From Planctomycetota bacterium (GTDB taxonomy: Bacteria > Planctomycetota > PLA2 > JAEUHO01): a stretch of 64,000 nucleotides of DNA. Below, piece after piece: positions 44,034-53,976 of this stretch. A model generated the notes under the pieces. That model saw only the letters and a list, made by a program, of their open reading frames with translations, was not told the origin of the DNA and did no database searches. Position 1 is the first letter of the stretch. Each line of letters begins with the position of its first letter. The stretch spans positions 92,694-156,693 of the forward strand of contig JANQJW010000007.1 of NCBI GenBank assembly GCA_028281445.1, written 5' to 3'. Made by a program: the position numbers and the translations under genes.

Positions 44034-45839
44034 ATGGATGTCCACGGCTGGATCGCTCTCGCCACCCTTGCAGGCGCCACCTACCTCTTCATCAGGCGTC
44101 CGATCCCGCTGGGCATCTCCGCGCTCGCAATTCCAGTCGTCCTCGTCACAACGGGCGTTCTGAGCGATCCGAAGCAAGCACTGCTTGGGTTCGGGAACCA
44201 TGCGGTGATCTCGATCGGTGCGATCTTCATCATCGGCGCGGGCCTGCGCGAGAGCGGCGTCGCCACGATCATCGCGCGCGGTCTCCAGCGCGTTGGCGGA
44301 CGCAGCGAGCTCGGCCTCGTGATGCTCATGATGAGCGCCACGGCGATCCTGGCCGCGTTCATGAACAACACCGCCGTCGTAGCGATCCTTCTGCCCGTCG
44401 GCATGGCGCTCTCGCGCCGTGCCAATCTCGCGCCCTCGCGCCTCTTGATGCCGATCTCCTTCGCAGCGGTGCTCGGCGGCACGATCAGCATGATCGGCAC
44501 GGCACCGAACTTCATCGTCGCCGACTACTACAACAACGGCGACTTCGACGGGAAGATCGGCATCTTCGACTTCGCCAATGTGGGGATCCCGATCACGGTC
44601 GTCGGCGTGGTGTTCATGGCCATCTTCGGTCGCAGGCTCCTGCCCACGGTCAAGACGGAGGATCGCCTGGCGGCTGCTCAGCTGCCTGAGCAGGTCGCAT
44701 CGAACTACGGCGTGCCGGACAAGCTGTTCATGATCCGGATCGCGAAGTCCTCGGCCATTGTGGGCAAGACCATCGTCGAGACCGACATCCGCAACAAGTA
44801 CGGTCTAGATGTCGTGATGGTGCGGCGCGGCGCGGCCCTGGGCCAGCGCTGGCTGCAACCCGATCCGGACCTGCGCTTCGAGGCCGACGACCACCTCTAC
44901 TGCTCGGGTCCGGACGAAGCTGCGTGGGACTTCTGCGAGACGGAGGAGCTGCAGTTCGGTCTCGCCGACGACAAGGCGATGGACGAGATCATGTCGCACG
45001 GCGCCACGCTGGCCGAGGTCACCCTCACGCCGCACTCGCCCGCCATCGGCCGCACGTTCAAGAGCATGGACTTCCGCAAGCGCTTCGGCCTGAACGTACT
45101 GGCACTGTTCCGCGGACAGGAGGTCCTGCGCGAAAAGAAGCTCGCCGACCTCGAGCTCAGTCTCGGTGACGCCTTCCTTGTGTCCGGCTCCGCGCGCCAC
45201 GTGCGCCAACTGTCGGCACACCCCGACTTCGTCGTACTCACCGACCAGTCGCAGGTCGAAGACATCACGCGCGCTCCGCTGGCGCTCGGCATCATGATGC
45301 TCGCGCTCGTGCCGCCGATTGCGCTCGACTTCCCGCTCCCGATCAGCGCGATGGGCGCCGCGATCCTCATGATCCTGACGCGGTGTATCTCGCGATCCGG
45401 CCTTCGCCGTGCGATGGACTGGAACGTGCTCCTGCTCTTGATCGGGACGCTGCCCCTCGGACTCGCGCTCACGCAGACCGGCATCGACCAGTTGGCCGCC
45501 GACTGGATCACCGGGATCGTCAGCGACAAGCTCACCCTGTTCGCCGTGCTCTTCGTGATCGCGGCCGCGTTCTCCATGCTCGCAAGCAACGCAGCGGCGG
45601 CGGTCATCGTCGCGCCCGTTGCGATCGCGGCGGCCGACACGCTGAGCATCGATCCGAAGGCGGCGCTGCTTGCCATGGCCTACGGCTGCAGCTGCAACTT
45701 CATCGTGCCCTACTCACAGTGCAACCTGATCGTGATGGCGCCCGGCGGCTACAAGGCCGTGGACTTCGTCAAGGCCGGTCTCGTGCTGAGCGTCGTCATG
45801 GCTGTCACGACGGTGGTTGTCCTCGCGATCATGGGGTAG
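44034..45839 (+). CDS. SLC13 family permease with TrkA-C domains
   Basis: AFMNNTAVVA, LLMPISFAAVLGG..SMIGTAPN, central soluble RCK-C region, V.APGGYK..DF.K.G. Confidence 0.92.
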   Translation: MDVHGWIALATLAGATYLFIRRPIPLGISALAIPVVLVTTGVLSDPKQALLGFGNHAVISIGAIFIIGAGLRESGVATIIARGLQRVGGRSELGLVMLMMSATAILAAFMNNTAVVAILLPVGMALSRRANLAPSRLLMPISFAAVLGGTISMIGTAPNFIVADYYNNGDFDGKIGIFDFANVGIPITVVGVVFMAIFGRRLLPTVKTEDRLAAAQLPEQVASNYGVPDKLFMIRIAKSSAIVGKTIVETDIRNKYGLDVVMVRRGAALGQRWLQPDPDLRFEADDHLYCSGPDEAAWDFCETEELQFGLADDKAMDEIMSHGATLAEVTLTPHSPAIGRTFKSMDFRKRFGLNVLALFRGQEVLREKKLADLELSLGDAFLVSGSARHVRQLSAHPDFVVLTDQSQVEDITRAPLALGIMMLALVPPIALDFPLPISAMGAAILMILTRCISRSGLRRAMDWNVLLLLIGTLPLGLALTQTGIDQLAADWITGIVSDKLTLFAVLFVIAAAFSMLASNAAAAVIVAPVAIAAADTLSIDPKAALLAMAYGCSCNFIVPYSQCNLIVMAPGGYKAVDFVKAGLVLSVVMAVTTVVVLAIMG

Positions 45840-45858
45840 GCGACGAGCCCTCTCACTC

Positions 45859-45888
45859 GGCCACGGCCACGGCCACGGCCACGGCGAC
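45859..45888. repeat. Hexanucleotide tandem repeat (GGCCAC)x4 + GGCGAC
   Basis: Seen directly, just downstream of the SLC13 stop codon. Confidence 0.85.
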
Positions 45889-46059
45889 GCGAGCGGCGTA
45901 CGCACCACGCGTACGCGTCCGACCCTCCGTCGTCACCTCTCAACCCGTTCGTTGCACGCGTTTTACGTCCCCTGGGCCCCCGGCCCTCATCTCTCCGCCT
46001 CCCCGGGTTCTCCCTGCCCGGCTCCGCCTGTACCTTCGTGAGGCTCTGGAGGAGATTCC

Positions 46060-47190
46060 ATGCGCATCGCACTCTGTGTCCTTCTGTCCCTGGCCCTCGG
46101 CTTGGCCGCCCTGCCGGCGCGCGCCGAAGAGCCCACGCCGCCGCCGGCCCCCAAGCCCGACCCGTCCAAGGCGCTCTACATCAGCGAGTCCCTGATGCCG
46201 TCGGAGAAGAACGCGCCGGAAGGCTGGGAGCTCGAGGACGACGACAGCGGGTTCGCCGCCATCGAGGACAAGCTCATCGCCATCGGCGAGGGGCTCGGCC
46301 TCGACGACGACAGCTTCTACGTCCAGTTGCAGGCCTTCTCCAAGGGCGGCGCGAACGTGATCGCCGCCATGGTCGATGTCGACAAGAAGGTCTTCGCCTA
46401 CAAGCATGCGCTCACTGCCAAGGCCACCGAGTCCGGCTGGTCGGTGAGCGACCTCGGCCACCCGGGACGCATCCTCGTCATCAGCGGTTCGGGCAGCACG
46501 GTGGGCGAACTCGAGAAGGCGCTCCACGAGCACGCCATCTACGCGCTCACCGAGATGGCCATGAACCGCATACGCGGCCGCGGCGGCCAGGAGGACGTGG
46601 GCCGTGCAGCGGCCGTGAAGTACACGCGCTACATCGAGTCGATCGCGCCGGGCGCCGGCGCGGCCAGCGCCGTTCGCGGGGTCGTGCACTGGATCCAGAG
46701 CCGCAAGGCCATCAAGAAGCAAGGCGACAAGCCGGATCGCGGCGAAGAAGAGAAGGCCGTCAAGTTCTTCGGGAAGGCCTTCGCCGACGGCACGAAGTAC
46801 CCGCCCAAGGGCAGCGTTCGTGTCTGGGCTGCTGCGCAGCTCGGCGGCATCCTGCTGACGTGGAAGGACAAGTCGAAGCTCGACGAGGCGACCCGCGCGC
46901 TCGAGATCGCCGTCAAGTACGAGAAGGACGGCCGGCGCATGAGCCAGCGCTTCGAGAGCCGCTACAACCTCGCGTGTGCCTACGCCCGCGCCAAGCGCGT
47001 CGACGATGCCTTCAAGATGCTCGAGAAGAGCCTCGAGGTCCTCAAGAACATGCCCGTGCGCGCTTGGCGCAACAGCCACAAGCACGCCGAAGAGAAGGAC
47101 GAGGACATGGCGCCGCTACGGAACGATCCGCGCTTCAGCAAGCTGATGGAGGACTTCCGGCCGCCGGCGCCCAAGAAGAAGGCGCACTAG
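46060..47190 (+). CDS. Exported hypothetical protein with C-terminal TPR-like helices
   Basis: GGAGG RBS; signal peptide (ARA|EE); RYNLACAYAR...D.D..PLRNDPRF C-terminal motif. Confidence 0.8.
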   Translation: MRIALCVLLSLALGLAALPARAEEPTPPPAPKPDPSKALYISESLMPSEKNAPEGWELEDDDSGFAAIEDKLIAIGEGLGLDDDSFYVQLQAFSKGGANVIAAMVDVDKKVFAYKHALTAKATESGWSVSDLGHPGRILVISGSGSTVGELEKALHEHAIYALTEMAMNRIRGRGGQEDVGRAAAVKYTRYIESIAPGAGAASAVRGVVHWIQSRKAIKKQGDKPDRGEEEKAVKFFGKAFADGTKYPPKGSVRVWAAAQLGGILLTWKDKSKLDEATRALEIAVKYEKDGRRMSQRFESRYNLACAYARAKRVDDAFKMLEKSLEVLKNMPVRAWRNSHKHAEEKDEDMAPLRNDPRFSKLMEDFRPPAPKKKAH

Positions 47191-47213
47191 CGCCTCTGCT
47201 GCGCCCGGCGTCC

Positions 47214-48398
47214 CTAGAGGCGCTCGACTAGGGCTGCCAGACCCAGGCCGCCGCTGATGCACAGCGTGGCGACGCCGCGCTTGACGTCGCGCTCGATCAT
47301 CGAGTGCAGGAGCGTCACGAGGATGCGTGCGCCGGTCGCACCGATCGGGTGGCCGAGCGCGATCGAGCCGCCGTCGACGTTGAGCTTCTCCTCGTCGATC
47401 CCCAACTCGCGGTTGCACGCCAACACCTGCGCCGCGAAGGCTTCGTTCAGCTCCCACAGGTCGATGTCGTCCGCCGAGAGGCCCGTCTTCTCGAAGAGCT
47501 TGCGCATCGCCGGTACCGGGCCGATGCCCATGACCTTCGGATCGACGCCGGCTTCGGTGTAGGCCACCAGACGCGCCATCGGTGTGACGCCGTGCTTCTC
47601 CGCGGCAGCCTGCGACAGGACCATGATGGCGGCCCCGCCGTCCGTGATGCCGCTCGAGTTGCCGGCGTGGACCGACCCCTCCTTGCGGAAGACCGCCGGG
47701 AGCTTGGCGAGCTTCTCGGCGACGACGCCGTCGCGGGCGTGCTCGTCCTCGTTGAAGGTCCACTCGCCCTTCTTGCGGTCCTTCAGCGGGATGCCGACCT
47801 TCTCCGCTTCGAAGCGGCCGCGCTTGCGTGCGGCCTCGGCGCGGTTCTGGCTCTGGGCCGCGTAGCGGTCCTGGTCGTCGCGGGTGATGTCGTACTGGTC
47901 GACGAGGTTCTCAGCCGTGGCGCCCATCAACTGGTCGGCGAGCATGCAGTGGAAGCCGTCCTGGTACATGCCGTCGATGACGCGGTCGTTGCCGAGGCGG
48001 TAGCCCCAGCGCGCGCGCGGCAGGAAGTAGGGCGTGTTCGACATGCTCTCCATGCCGCCGGCCAGCACGATGTCGGCCTGGCCGAGGCGGATGGCGTCCG
48101 CGCCCAGGAGCACGCTCTTGAGCGCGCTGCCGCAGGCCATGTTCACGGTCCAGGCGGGGCGCTCGACCGGGACGCCGGCGCGCACCGAGACCTGCCGGCC
48201 GGTGCCCGGGCCCTGCCCGGCCTGGCGGCCGTGGCCGAAGATCGTCTGGTCGACGGCGTCGGGGGCCAGGCCGGCGCGCTCCAGCGCCGCGGAGGCGGCC
48301 GCCACGCCGAGGTCGGGCGCCGAGAGGCCCGCCAGCGAGCCGCCGAACTTACCGATGGGCGTCCGCACGCCGCCTGCCAGGTAGATGTCGTCCGCCAT
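47214..48398 (-). CDS. Acetyl-CoA C-acyltransferase (thiolase)
   Basis: [44 protein letters not shown]. Confidence 0.95.
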   Translation of the reverse strand: MADDIYLAGGVRTPIGKFGGSLAGLSAPDLGVAAASAALERAGLAPDAVDQTIFGHGRQAGQGPGTGRQVSVRAGVPVERPAWTVNMACGSALKSVLLGADAIRLGQADIVLAGGMESMSNTPYFLPRARWGYRLGNDRVIDGMYQDGFHCMLADQLMGATAENLVDQYDITRDDQDRYAAQSQNRAEAARKRGRFEAEKVGIPLKDRKKGEWTFNEDEHARDGVVAEKLAKLPAVFRKEGSVHAGNSSGITDGGAAIMVLSQAAAEKHGVTPMARLVAYTEAGVDPKVMGIGPVPAMRKLFEKTGLSADDIDLWELNEAFAAQVLACNRELGIDEEKLNVDGGSIALGHPIGATGARILVTLLHSMIERDVKRGVATLCISGGLGLAALVERL

Positions 48399-48538
48399 GC
48401 CGTGTTCTCCGCCCCGCGGCCCGCGCACCGGTGCGCGACGGGGCTGCGGATCGTACCGGCCGCGCCCGGGCCGGCCTCCTTGTGGACGGGGGTGCACGAC
48501 GCTTGGCGGTCGCCCTGAGCCGGGTAGCCTTGCGCGCC

Positions 48539-49726
48539 ATGGCCGCGAAGAAGAAAGCCCCGGCGAAGAAGAAGGCGGCCAAGAAGAAGGCCGCGGCCAA
48601 GAAGAAGGCCGCGGCGGCCAAGAAGGCCGTAGCGAAGAAGAAGGCCGCCCCCCCGAAGAAGGCGGCTGCGAAGAAGAAGGCGGCCGAGGCGCCCCCGGTT
48701 CCCGCGGGCCCGAAGCCGGTCCCGCTGCCCAAGGTCCCCAAGATGCCGGCGCGCCGCAAGGACGGCGTCATCACGTTGGCATTCGGCGCCGAGTCGGACC
48801 AGGCCTTCATGGTGTACGCGCTTGCGATGGCCAAGGTCGACACCGAGGACCGGCGCTACGAGCTCGTCCGCACGGACATGCAGAAGCTCGACCACGCGGC
48901 GATGGACGGCAAGTACGACGTCACGGCGATCACGTACGGCGCCTACCCCTCCGTGCGCGCTCGCTACCTCGTGCTGAGCTGCGGCGGCAGCTACGGCGAC
49001 CACACGGGGCCCGTGCTGGTCGCGCGCAAGCCCATTCGTGCCGGCGAGGTGGATGGACTCGTCGTCGCCGTCCCCGGGGAGACATCCACCGCTGCGATCG
49101 CGTTGCGGTTGTGGCTCCCGCAGGCGGAGCTCGAGATGACTGCCATGCCGACGCGCGAGATCTCGCTGCGTATCCGCGCAGGCCACGTGCGCTCCGGGCT
49201 GCTCATCAACGAAGACCAGATCACGTATCGCAACCACAACCTCATGCGCGTCGTGGACCTGGGCCGCTGGTGGGGCGAGATGACCGAGGGGCTGCCGCTC
49301 GCACTCGGCACGAACGTCATCCGGCGGGACATCTCCTTCGAGGAACGCTCCAAGATCGCGCTCGATCTCAAGCGCTCCATCGCCTACGCCCTCGGCCATC
49401 GGGAAGAGGCGCTCGACTGGGCCATGCAGTACGCGGGCAACCTCGATCGCGACACACTCGACCGCTACATCGCTCGCTACGTCAACGATCTCTCGCTCGA
49501 CTGCGGCGAGCGCGGACGGCAGGCCGCGGGCCTCTTGTTCAAGGAAGCGCACCGTCTCGGCATCGTGCCTGACCTCCTCGAGCCCGTCTTCCACGGCGAT
49601 GAGGAGGCCGCTGCTGCGGCGGAGGAAGCGCGCAAGATCAAGGAGGCGAAGGCCGCCGCCGCCGCCAAAGCCAAGGCGAAGGCAGAAGCCGAGGCCGCCA
49701 AGCTCGCCGAAGAGGAAGGTCAGTAG
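48539..49726 (+). CDS. MqnD-like (MqnA/MqnD family) protein with Lys/Ala-rich N-terminal tail; active site appears altered
   Basis: AFMVYAL, YDVTAIT, GPVLVA, VAVPGETSTA, DLGRWW...TEGLPLALG, YI..YVN. N-terminus is K/A/P low-complexity. Confidence 0.8.
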   Translation: MAAKKKAPAKKKAAKKKAAAKKKAAAAKKAVAKKKAAPPKKAAAKKKAAEAPPVPAGPKPVPLPKVPKMPARRKDGVITLAFGAESDQAFMVYALAMAKVDTEDRRYELVRTDMQKLDHAAMDGKYDVTAITYGAYPSVRARYLVLSCGGSYGDHTGPVLVARKPIRAGEVDGLVVAVPGETSTAAIALRLWLPQAELEMTAMPTREISLRIRAGHVRSGLLINEDQITYRNHNLMRVVDLGRWWGEMTEGLPLALGTNVIRRDISFEERSKIALDLKRSIAYALGHREEALDWAMQYAGNLDRDTLDRYIARYVNDLSLDCGERGRQAAGLLFKEAHRLGIVPDLLEPVFHGDEEAAAAAEEARKIKEAKAAAAAKAKAKAEAEAAKLAEEEGQ

Positions 49727-49805
49727 GGGCGACCCTTGTGGTCGCCCCACAACGGGTTCCGCGGATCAGAGCGGTCCCTGTCCGGGCGGCCCTTGTGGCC
49801 GCCCC
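49723..49805. repeat. Composite GTAG-type REP element, copy 2 (first two palindromes only)
   Basis: GTAGGGGCGACCCTTGTGGTCGCCCC (49723-49748) + GTCCGGGCGGCCCTTGTGGCCGCCCC (49780-49805). Confidence 0.88.
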
Positions 49806-49812
49806 CTCCCCG

Positions 49813-51021
49813 CTACGCCGGCGACGATGCCAGGACGCCGAGGTCCCGTCCGACCTTCGTGAACGCGGCGATCGCCGTGTCGATGTCTTCCGTGGTGTGC
49901 GCCGCAGAGATCTGCACGCGGATGCGCGCCTGGCCCTTCGGCACCACGGGGTACGAGAAGCCGATCACGTAGATGCCCTCGGCGAGCATCGCGTCGGCCA
50001 TCTGGACGCTCAGCCGCGCGTCCCCGAGCATGATCGGAACAATCGGATGCACGCCGGGGCGGATGTCGAAGCCCGCCGCCGTCATGCCCGCGCGGAAGCG
50101 TTCGGTGTTGGCCTCCAGCTTGTCGCGCAGCTCCGTCGTGGCGGTGAGCAGGTCCATGCACGCCATTGAGGCGGCAACGATGGGCGGAGCCAGCGAGTTG
50201 CTGAAGAGATACGGGCGCGAGCGCTGGCGGAGCAGCGAGACGATCTCCTGCTTCGACGCCGTGAACCCGCCCGACGCGCCGCCGAGCGCCTTGCCAAGGG
50301 TCGACGTGATGATGTCGATGCGGTCCATCACGCCGCAGTGCTCGGGCGTGCCGCGTCCGGTCTTGCCGATGAAGCCTGTTGCGTGCGAGTCGTCGACCAT
50401 GACCATCGCGCCGAACTTCTCGGCGCGATCGCAGACTTCCTCGAGCTTGGCGATGTCGCCGTCCATCGAGAACACGCCGTCCGTGGCGACCATGATGCGC
50501 CGGGCGCCGGCTTCCTGGGCTTCGGTCAGCTTCGCCTCGAGGTCGTCCATGTCGTCATGCGCGTACCGGAAGCGCTTGGCCTTGCAGAGACGCACGCCGT
50601 CGATGATCGAGGCGTGGTTCAGAGACGCGGAGACGATGGCATCCTCAGGCCCTAGCAGGACCTCGAAGAGGCCGCCGTTGGCGTCGAAGCAGCTGCTGTA
50701 GAGGATCGCATCTTCCTGGCCGACGAAGTCGGCGAGCTTCTGCTCGAGCTCCGTGTGCCGGTCCGTGGTTCCGCAGATGAAGCGCACCGACGACATGCCG
50801 TAGCCGCGGTCGTCGAGCGAAGCGCGGACCGCATCTTCGAGAGCCGGGTGGTCCGAGAGGCCGAGGTAGTTGTTGGCGCAGAAGTTCAACACCTCCTGCC
50901 CGCCTGACACGCGGATGTGCGCGCCCTGCGGCGTCACGATCCGGCGCTCGTTCTTTGTCAGTCCGGCGGCCTCGATCTCGTCGAGCTCGGCCTGGAAGCC
51001 TGCGCGCACGTTGTCGTACAT
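49813..51021 (-). CDS. kbl: Glycine C-acetyltransferase (2-amino-3-ketobutyrate CoA ligase)
   Basis: [46 protein letters not shown] (PLP Lys), RPYLFSN; AAGGAG RBS. Confidence 0.95.
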   Translation of the reverse strand: MYDNVRAGFQAELDEIEAAGLTKNERRIVTPQGAHIRVSGGQEVLNFCANNYLGLSDHPALEDAVRASLDDRGYGMSSVRFICGTTDRHTELEQKLADFVGQEDAILYSSCFDANGGLFEVLLGPEDAIVSASLNHASIIDGVRLCKAKRFRYAHDDMDDLEAKLTEAQEAGARRIMVATDGVFSMDGDIAKLEEVCDRAEKFGAMVMVDDSHATGFIGKTGRGTPEHCGVMDRIDIITSTLGKALGGASGGFTASKQEIVSLLRQRSRPYLFSNSLAPPIVAASMACMDLLTATTELRDKLEANTERFRAGMTAAGFDIRPGVHPIVPIMLGDARLSVQMADAMLAEGIYVIGFSYPVVPKGQARIRVQISAAHTTEDIDTAIAAFTKVGRDLGVLASSPA

Positions 51022-51116
51022 CGGTTCGCTCCTTGAGTTCGGGCCTACCTTAGCCCCGCCCGAGCGGCGGTGCACCTCACGAGACGAGCCGCCTCCGGGC
51101 GGCTACATTGATGCCC

Positions 51117-52553
51117 ATGCGGGCTCGTCTCCTCGTTCTCATCCTGCTGTTGTGCGCGGGCGGTCCCATCGCGTACGCCGACGACACGAAGGAGGTGCGC
51201 AAGGCGTTCCGCGAGGCGCTCAAGACCGAGGACTGGAAGACACGGCGCGAGGCCTACTACGTGCTCTCCGACTACGACGGCAAGGCCGTCGTGGAGGAGG
51301 TCCTGTCTGCCATGACCAAGGAGAAGAACCCCGCGGTCGTCCTCACGGCCATCAAGGTGCTGGCGGGCTTCGAGTCCCTGGAGGCGCAGGAGGCCCTCGT
51401 TCACACGCTTCGCAAGGGGCGCGGCGCGAAGAAGACGTTCGTGCTTCTGGCGTTGACGCGCCAGCGTGGCGACAAGGCCAACGACATCCTGCTCGAGACC
51501 CTCGCTGGCAAGGACGCGACATCGGCCGCGCAGGCGGCGCTCGCGCTCGGCAAGAAGCAGGTCGAGGCCGCCGTGCCCGCCCTGGTCGCGAAGCTCAAGC
51601 ACAAGGACTGGCAGCTGCGCGCGGCGGCGGCTCGCGGTCTACGTTCCCTGGCCCAGCCCCCGCCGCCCAAGCCGCGGCCCGGCGCGTCGCCCGCCGAGAT
51701 CGCCAAGCTCCCGAAGAAGATGCCCGTGCCGGACTTCATGAAGGAGCCCTCCATCTCGCAAGCCCTGCTCGCGAGCTTGCAGATGTCCAAGGGCAGCGAG
51801 CGCGGCGCCGTCATCGCGACGCTCGAGGCCATCCACGAGAAGGAGTACGGCCTCAACATCGATGCGTGGAAGAAGGTGCTCGCCGGCGAAGAGGTCGACA
51901 AGCGCACGCTTCGCAAGCGCAAGTACCCGCCGCACATCTACGGCATCCCCATCTATGGCCGCCGGATCGTGCTCGTCCTCGACAACAGCTTGCGCACGGG
52001 CGACCCGCACCGATTCGGCAGCGGCGCGCGGATGCGCGAGCTCTGCGAGGTGCCCGGCGGCCGGGCGCTGCTCGGGTCCCGCTTGCGGACCGTGCGGCAG
52101 TTCTCCGCCGCGCACTACAAGCGCTGCATCAGCGACATGCCGAAGGACGTGAAGTTCGAGCTGCTCATCTACGACGAGGTCGTGAAGCCGGTCTTTGGCA
52201 AGCTCACATCCGCCAACGGCGGCACCAAGAAGCTCGCCCACCAGACCATCGAAGAGGCCAAGGCCGACAACGGGATCGCGACGTTCCCGGCGCTTACCCA
52301 GGCGCTGGACATCTCGGGCGCGAAGGACAGCGCGGCCTGGAAGAAGGGGCCGGACGAGATCGTGTTCGTGACCTCGAACGTGCCCACCGCCGGCGAGATC
52401 ACGGACGCCGACGTCGTCGGGGCCGCCATCGCCATGAAGGCGCGACTGCGGATGGTGCCCATCCACACCATCGGGATCGAGACGCACCCCTACGACATGC
52501 TGCGGCAGATCGCGGAAGAAACCGGGGCTACGTACCGCAACTATTACGAATAG
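51117..52553 (+). CDS. Exported HEAT-repeat + degenerate VWA domain protein
   Basis: Signal peptide; HEAT (DWQLRAAAA); YGIP....IVLVLDNS ... DEIVFVTS ... IHTIGI ... IAEETGATY. Confidence 0.8.
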   Translation: MRARLLVLILLLCAGGPIAYADDTKEVRKAFREALKTEDWKTRREAYYVLSDYDGKAVVEEVLSAMTKEKNPAVVLTAIKVLAGFESLEAQEALVHTLRKGRGAKKTFVLLALTRQRGDKANDILLETLAGKDATSAAQAALALGKKQVEAAVPALVAKLKHKDWQLRAAAARGLRSLAQPPPPKPRPGASPAEIAKLPKKMPVPDFMKEPSISQALLASLQMSKGSERGAVIATLEAIHEKEYGLNIDAWKKVLAGEEVDKRTLRKRKYPPHIYGIPIYGRRIVLVLDNSLRTGDPHRFGSGARMRELCEVPGGRALLGSRLRTVRQFSAAHYKRCISDMPKDVKFELLIYDEVVKPVFGKLTSANGGTKKLAHQTIEEAKADNGIATFPALTQALDISGAKDSAAWKKGPDEIVFVTSNVPTAGEITDADVVGAAIAMKARLRMVPIHTIGIETHPYDMLRQIAEETGATYRNYYE

Positions 52554-52623
52554 CCCGCGCGGCGGGCGGGTTGCCCGGGACCCCAATGGTACGATTCGGG
52601 CCTGTCCGATTCGGAGGGCTGCC

Positions 52624-53508
52624 ATGCCGCGCCTACGTACGTGTTCGATCTTCCTTTCGCTGCTCGCGCTCGTTTTCGCTGCCCCCGCGTGGGCGGAGGA
52701 GAAGAAGCCCGCGCCGCCGCCGGAGGTGGACTCCGAGGAAGACGCCGCCGAGGCGCTGGCTGTCTTCAAGACCGCCATCAAGGCCAAGGGGCTGAAGGGC
52801 GACGACAAGATCGCCGAGCAGGCACATCAGATCCGCGTCCTCGCGGAGGTGCAGCATCCGAAGGTCGTCGCCGCGCTGCTGAAGACGACCAAGCACCGGA
52901 CCCCCGAAGTCCGCACCGAGGCCGTCCTGCAGCTCGGTACGCAGCGCGCGTGCCCCGGCATCGCCGGCAAGGCTGTCCTCGCCGCGATGAAGAAGAACGA
53001 GAAGGACGACACCTTCACGATGGCGGGCCTCGAGTCCATCGGTGCGCTCGAGTACCTCGGCGCCAAGGACCGGCTGCGCGAGCTGATGAAGCACAACGAG
53101 TACGCGGTCGTGAAGAACGCCCTCGTCACCATCGGCAAGCTCAAGGACACGCGCTTCATCGAGGACATCATCAAGTTGATGAAGAAGCTGAAGCTCGAGA
53201 AGGGCGCGAAGTGGGACGGCGTCGAGGTGACCTACGACACGGGCACCGCAGGTACGCACGATCAGGAGATGGCCGAGAAGATCGGCAAGGAGAAGGAAGC
53301 GAAGAACCGGGGTAAGGGCAAGCGCGCCGCTCGAAGCATGCGCGACCTGGGCCCGGTCGTCCTGCAGGTCGCCAAGGACCTGACCGGCCAGGAGTTCTCG
53401 GGGTCGATCTCCGCCCGCAAGTGGGCTGACAAGAACAAGAAGCAGATCACCGACTGGAACAAGCGCGACGATCAGCGCGAGAAGAACCAGAAGGAGATGG
53501 GCAAGTAG
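52624..53508 (+). CDS. Exported HEAT-repeat protein
   Basis: Signal peptide (AWA|EE); PEVRTEAVLQLG, VVKNALVTIG, LTGQEF motif. Confidence 0.8.
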   Translation: MPRLRTCSIFLSLLALVFAAPAWAEEKKPAPPPEVDSEEDAAEALAVFKTAIKAKGLKGDDKIAEQAHQIRVLAEVQHPKVVAALLKTTKHRTPEVRTEAVLQLGTQRACPGIAGKAVLAAMKKNEKDDTFTMAGLESIGALEYLGAKDRLRELMKHNEYAVVKNALVTIGKLKDTRFIEDIIKLMKKLKLEKGAKWDGVEVTYDTGTAGTHDQEMAEKIGKEKEAKNRGKGKRAARSMRDLGPVVLQVAKDLTGQEFSGSISARKWADKNKKQITDWNKRDDQREKNQKEMGK

Positions 53509-53684
53509 GGGCGACCCTTGTGGTCGCCCCGCGACGCGTTCCGCGAATCAGGGCGCGTCCTGTCCGGGCAGCCCTTGTGGCTGCCCCGCTTCCCGTACCC
53601 GCGGGCGGGCACAAGGCCCGCGCCTACGGGGATCCACCTCGACGTAGCGCGAGCTGATGGGGCGACCACAAGGGTCGCCCCTAC
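53505..53684. repeat. Composite GTAG-type REP element, copy 3 (four palindromes)
   Basis: Palindromes at 53505-53530, 53562-53587, 53603-53627 and 53659-53684; same order and spacing as copy 1. Confidence 0.9.
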
Positions 53685-53917
53685 TCCTCTCCGTCCTCGC
53701 CGATCGCTTCCACCGGGCACCCCTCGAGGGCCTCGCGGCAAAGCTCCACGTCCGCATCGTCCTTGGGCTGCGCGTGCACGAACGAGTACCCCTTGTCGTC
53801 GTTGCGCGTGAAGAAGTCGGGCGCCGTCTCGCGGCAGGCATCGCAGTCGATGCACTGGTCGTCGACGTAGAAGGTGCCGGGCACGTTCTCGGGGAGCTTG
53901 TTGTCCTTGTCGGCCAC
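53681..53917 (-). CDS. Ferredoxin (single cluster, 78 aa)
   Basis: ENVPGTFYVDDQCIDCDAC...CPVEAIG; GTG start. Confidence 0.92.
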   Translation of the reverse strand: MADKDNKLPENVPGTFYVDDQCIDCDACRETAPDFFTRNDDKGYSFVHAQPKDDADVELCREALEGCPVEAIGEDGEE

Positions 53918-53976
53918 GGGTGCCTGGTTCCTTTCCTGGCGCTGGCGCCCCAAGGTACAGAAGCGGGGGGCCCGCG

